Source: Rebecca billardiae RCC1528
Taxonomy: Eukaryota; Protista; Haptophyta
NCBI GenBank assembly: GCA_965240325.2
Contig: OZ251245.1
Location: forward strand, 1,178,001-1,242,000
Length of the DNA: 64,000 nt
Reading direction: 5' to 3'
The notes under the pieces are model-generated. The model made no database searches, was not told the DNA's origin, and saw nothing but the letters and a program-made list of their open reading frames with translations. Below are positions 59,498-64,000 of this stretch, piece after piece (position 1 is the first letter of the stretch; each line of letters starts with the position of its first letter). A program made the translations under genes and the position numbers.

Positions 59498-61711
59498 AAT
59501 TCTATGATTTAAAGACACAGGCACGAGGGCGCAGCTCTCCTGATTCGTCTGTCGAAGTACTGAATGGAGTTAATGGAGGATGTCGGAGCGCGTTGGCCGC
59601 GGGTGAGGGAGTCGTCGTAACCGATGCTGATCACACGGTCACTGAGGTAGTAGGCGCCCGGGGATGCCGCTGTTTTGCAGTCGTCGTCGGCCTTGGTCAT
59701 CATGTAGTTGCCCGTGTCGTCGTCGTCCGAGGCTGTTCAAGTTGATGCCGTAGTGCAGGTAGTGGATGTGGTCGCCCGGGCCGGTGTGCGCGGCCTAGTG
59801 GCCTTGCCGAGTTGAGGGAGTAGTCGCCCTTGCCGTTGAGGAAGTCGTCGTCCTTGCCGTTGAGGAAGTCGTCGCCCTGGCCGCAGAGGAAGTCGTCGCC
59901 CTTGCCGTTGAGGAAGTCGTCGTCCTGGCCGCTGAGGGTGCCTGCGCTGCCCAACCGGGCGCGTCTGGCGCGCCAGCGCCGCGCGCGGCTCTACGCCAGC
60001 GACTGCGGCGCGGCGGCAGCCAGGTCACGGGGGGGTCGCCGAGGGACGCGGTGCGAGCCTGCTTGGCCGGCTTGGCGTCGCTCCCGCCAGCGGAGGAGGG
60101 CCCATCCTCCTCCGCCGGCGTGGACGGCTCGGTCGCCGCGCGCTTGCCGGCTGCCGCGGCGCCGGGGGGCAGGACCAGGCGGTAGTTGGACTCCCCGAGC
60201 GCCGGCCTGGCCTGTTGCACCTCGGGCCCGTCCGACGGCGCGGCCGCGGTTGGTGGCTGGGGTGGCGGGATGGCATCGTCCGAACCCTCCCCCTCGGGCT
60301 CCTCCGCCTCCGGGCCGGCGGGGTCCGCCGCCTGTTGGTCGGCCGGCTGAGGAGCAGGGCGGCGCGCAGCGGCGGGCGGCGCGGGCGGCACAGGCGGCGC
60401 GGGCGGCACGCCCCACAGGTTGTGTGGGACGCGGGCGGCGCCGGCGATGCGGCGGCTCGGCTTGAGCGGCGCGAAGAAGATGGGGTGCTCGGGGTCGATG
60501 GGCATGAAACGCAGGCGGAGGAAGATCAGGTTCACACCGCCGGAGTAGATGTTGGTCTCGACGTGCTCACCGTTGGTCACGTACTTGTTGATGTCGGGCA
60601 CGATCTGCTCGTAGAGGGCCCTGTGAAACTGCACGAGCGTCATCGTGGGGCTAACCGGGAGCGTGAGGGACACGTCCTTCGCCTGGGTTGCGAGGTCGGC
60701 CGCCGACAGCGCGAGCATCTCCTGCGTGAGCTCCGTGGTGCACGCCGTGAGAATGTTCGGCATGCACAGGCTGGTGGCCAGGCGGCGGCAGATGGTCATG
60801 TTCTCGAGCACCGAGCCGGTGAAGGAGAAAACGTGCTTATTGCCTTTGGGGTCCTGGGTGAGTCCTGAGAGCAGTCGCCCGCCTTGCGAGTTGGGCGCCA
60901 CGTCGCTCAGGCAGCGCGCGCTCAGCTTGATCATCGTCGTGCACATCTGCTGGCCCGCATCCCGCCTGGCGGTGGGGGTGCTCGGCCGTTCCACCTGCAG
61001 CCCGCGCTCGAAGTTGTTGGAAGAGGGGAAGAAGCTCAAGGCGCTCCTGCTGTTGAGACGGTCGCGGAAAAAGCCGTGCTGGTAAGGGGGCATGGTGGCC
61101 GGTGTGGCGGGCGCGGGGCTGCGGAGGGCCGGGGGGCGGGTGCGGAAGCACTGCGGTGCGAGCGAGGTCGGTGCTGGTGCCAAAGGCATTTCGGCGCGCG
61201 GGGTTGAAATCAAATTTCAAAACCCAGGTCCGGAGTGGCCCCGCCGGTCCCCCGGACCACGGCGGCCCGTCGTGCGTTTCGGGGGGAGAGGGGTTTGTCG
61301 CGAAACGGGCAGGATGGGGAAAAGGGGGGGGGGGGGGGGGGGGGGGGGGGCTCGCGGCCGCCGCGGGGAGGCCGGGACGGGCGCGGTCTCCACCTGAGGG
61401 CCGGGCGCTGCTCAGGAAGGAGGGCGGCCCACACTCCGCGTGTCGCTCCCCAGTGCCTCCGCACAGGCACACCGCAGGTGTTCGCCGTCGTGTCGGGATG
61501 AGCATGCGCTTGGCGTCCGCACCCGGGGCCAGTCCTTTCATGGTCAGCAAGCAGGCGGGGGGGGGGCGTGCGTGTGCAAGCGCGGGTGGATATGTCGTGT
61601 CTGCGATATGCGGAGTGTTGGATGCGGGTTGCGCCGGTGCCCCAGGGCACCGGTGAGTGTGTAGCTGTTTCGGGCACGCCTCGCGAACGCGAGGCGCTGG
61701 AAGACATGGCC
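59498..61711. mobile_element. Unclassified 2.2-kb element, copy 2
   Basis: See copy 1; inserted in an AT-richer segment. Confidence 0.85.
59795..61093 (-). CDS. Element-encoded unknown protein, copy 2 (432 aa, longer S/T-rich tail)
   Basis: ATG at 61093 (MPPYQHG); a 1-nt difference in a G tract extends the frame relative to copy 1. Confidence 0.75.
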   Translation of the reverse strand: MPPYQHGFFRDRLNSRSALSFFPSSNNFERGLQVERPSTPTARRDAGQQMCTTMIKLSARCLSDVAPNSQGGRLLSGLTQDPKGNKHVFSFTGSVLENMTICRRLATSLCMPNILTACTTELTQEMLALSAADLATQAKDVSLTLPVSPTMTLVQFHRALYEQIVPDINKYVTNGEHVETNIYSGGVNLIFLRLRFMPIDPEHPIFFAPLKPSRRIAGAARVPHNLWGVPPAPPVPPAPPAAARRPAPQPADQQAADPAGPEAEEPEGEGSDDAIPPPQPPTAAAPSDGPEVQQARPALGESNYRLVLPPGAAAAGKRAATEPSTPAEEDGPSSAGGSDAKPAKQARTASLGDPPVTWLPPRRSRWRRAARGAGAPDAPGWAAQAPSAARTTTSSTARATTSSAARATTSSTARTTTSSTARATTPSTRQGH

Positions 61712-62250
61712 ACTCGTCGTACTGACCGCGCCCTTAGGGCACGTGGCAGTTCTTCATTAAAGCACACACGCGCTAATCGGACCCTGGCAGCTAATGAGGC
61801 TAAATCGACCATAATGAGACTGACGAATCGACGATGCCAGCGAGTTCCCGCCGCGAATCGTCGAACCGTCGTGATTGCTTCTTGAAGCTTTAAGCGTGAA
61901 ACGTCAGGTTTAAACCAGACCATATTGTAGAATCTTCAGGACCTTCCATCGAGAATATCAAAGCTTGCACACCCCGCGCTGTGATCCCGATGAACGCACT
62001 CAAGCACTCCACTTCTTACAATTGCGAAACGTCAGGTTTAAAGCATGTACACGCACCCGTGTTCGCCGACGTAGATATCGATCTCGGATTCAGACACACC
62101 GAGATAGCGCCGAAAAATGTGGGTGGCGTGAATCGACGTTAAACGCCCTACTTTTACGACCCCGCGCACGACTCTCCTGCTCGGCGTGCGCGCCTCACGG
62201 GCGCACCTGCTCACCAGTAGCAGTACATCAGCCTTTTGACAGCAGGCACG

Positions 62251-64000
62251 ATGATCGGGGATCCCCGCCATCGCGACTCGACGGCGACCGCCGCCTCGTC
62301 GGCGGTGCGGGACCGGGTCAGCGTGGCCGGCGGCCCATCGCTCGCCAGCTGGCTCTCCACACTCGGCATTTCGCCGCCCATCGCGCGGCAATACGCCGAG
62401 CTCATGCACGCATGCGGTGCGCGCGCGCGCCGTGAGCGCCGCCATACGTCGGAACGGGCATCGTGCGCGCGCCGCGCCGCACGTCCTCCGCATCACACAC
62501 GCGGCGCGACGCCCGCCCGCGCCCCGCGCCCTCGTGCGCTCGCTCGGCCCTGGCAGGCCTCGACCCGTGCGCCGCCGTCACCGACGAGTCAGCGCTCGAG
62601 GCCGCGGGCGTGAGCGACCCGCTGCACCGTCGTAAGATTGAGCTCACGTCGTGCGAGCTGCAGGGGGTGGCGCCCCCGGCGCGCGCAGACGGCGCATGCC
62701 GCAGGCACTCGCGCGATGCCGCGCGTGAGCCCGCGCCACGCCGCGCCCGCGCCGTGCGCGGGCTCTCGGCTTCGCCTCGGCTGCAGCGACCGCTGTCTCT
62801 CGCGCACGCGCGCGCCGTCACGCTCGAGCCGTGGACGACCGAGCAGCGGCCGCTCTCGGTGGACGACCTGAACCAGCGGCCGGGCTTCAGCGAGTGCGCG
62901 CCCGGCGGGCCCGCGCGCCCCTCCGCCCTCCCACCGCGCCGTGCGCGCGCGCACGCGCGCGCACCCGCGGCTGCCCTGGTCTGTCTGTCGGTCCCGACAC
63001 GCCGCCGGCCGCTCACGCGCCCGCTCCCTCGCGTCTGTCTGCGCGCGCGCTCCGCGTGCCTGCCGTGTGCCGCGTGCGCGCACAGACTCGCGCTGCCCAT
63101 CCTCGCGCGCGTGCACAGACGCCGCTCGAGCGCGCCGGCGCAGAGCAGCCCCTGCGTGCGCGCGCGGTTCGGTCTGAACGACAAGCCGCGCGCGCACCAC
63201 GCCGCGCCGCCCGGCGGCGGCGGCGGCGGCGGCGAGTGCTACTACGAGCTGAGCGGCTGCCGGCTGCAGCCGGGGGGCGCGCTCCTCGCGCACGACGTGC
63301 GCGAGGGGCGGCGCCCGCCCGCCGTGCTGCTCCCCGAGGGCTCGCACGCGTTCGTCTCTGTGCCGGGCGAGCGCGGCATCCGCGTGGCCGCGCACTCGGC
63401 CCCCTTTGGCCTCGCGTCCGGCCACTCGCAGCTGAGCTCGGAGGGGCGCGTGCTCTTCGCGGGCGAGGTGCTGGTCGGCAAGGCCGGCCGGCTGCTCGCC
63501 TGGTCCAACATGAGCGGCACCTACCGCCCGTCGCGCGAGCTCGCCGCGCAGGTCCGGCTGCCCATCGAGCTGCTGTGGAGCGTGCTGGACGCGCGCCAGG
63601 CGCGCGAGCTGCTCGGCGGCCGCGAGCCCACGCCGAGCGCGCTCGACGGCCGGTTCGGCAAGGACAGCTGGGTGCGCGCACAGGGCGCGCACGGCGTGCT
63701 GCTTGTGCGCGACGAGGCGCGCGTGCTCTCCTCGCAGACGACGCCGCCGCCGCCGCCCGAGAGCGCGGTGTGCGCGCGCGCGTGTGCGGGGAGCGAGACC
63801 GAGAGCGAGCGCGCTGCCAGCAGCTCGTCCTCCTCCAGCTGCGACGGCTCAGCCGACTCTCCGACGCCGTCTCGCTCCGCTCGGCCCGTGGAGGCGGAGT
63901 TGTTCGCCGAGCCCTCGTCGGCATCACACAGTCTTCGCAATTCGCGACGATCACTACGCGACGACGACAGCGCGCGATCACGACGTGACGGCGGCCGGCG
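62251..64000 (+). CDS. SAM-domain protein fused to an Ntox47/IQM-like toxin-fold domain, 3'-partial (introns 62417-62556, 62894-63118)
   Basis: SAM-like SLASWLSTLGI..RQYAELMHAC|GLD..ALEAAGVSDPLHRRKI; then GHSQLSSEGRVLFAGEVLVGKAGRLLAWSNMSGTYRP; the frame stays open to the window end, so it is absent from the ORF track. Confidence 0.7.

Overview
Very GC-rich eukaryotic genomic DNA with short GT-AG introns. The style suggests a Pavlovales-type haptophyte; this is an inference, not shown. Gene-rich blocks (1.8-8.1 kb, 25.5-48.2 kb, 52.3-64 kb) encode a CMAS/CNMT-like methyltransferase, a double-GRIP golgin, a two-pore channel with a non-canonical filter, Sec24-like, a bromodomain protein, an EF-hand protein, a giant coiled-coil protein, villin, SEC14-GOLD, two paralogous secreted proteins of unknown family, a hybrid histidine kinase, and a SAM + toxin-like (Ntox47/IQM-type) protein that runs off the right end. 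Positions 8.9-25.2 kb form a nested transposon island: a P-like MITE, a hAT relic inside a MITE whose empty copy lies nearby, a 204-bp satellite, microsatellites and kinase-fragment relics. The most unusual items are (i) a 2.2-kb single-ORF element present twice with identical ends, no TIR, no TSD and subterminal hairpins, (ii) a ~1-kb near-perfect palindrome filling a divergent promoter, and (iii) the SAM-toxin-like fusion. All coordinates and splice sites were read by eye and no searches were run. Most long ORFs in the supplied track are GC-driven shadow frames.
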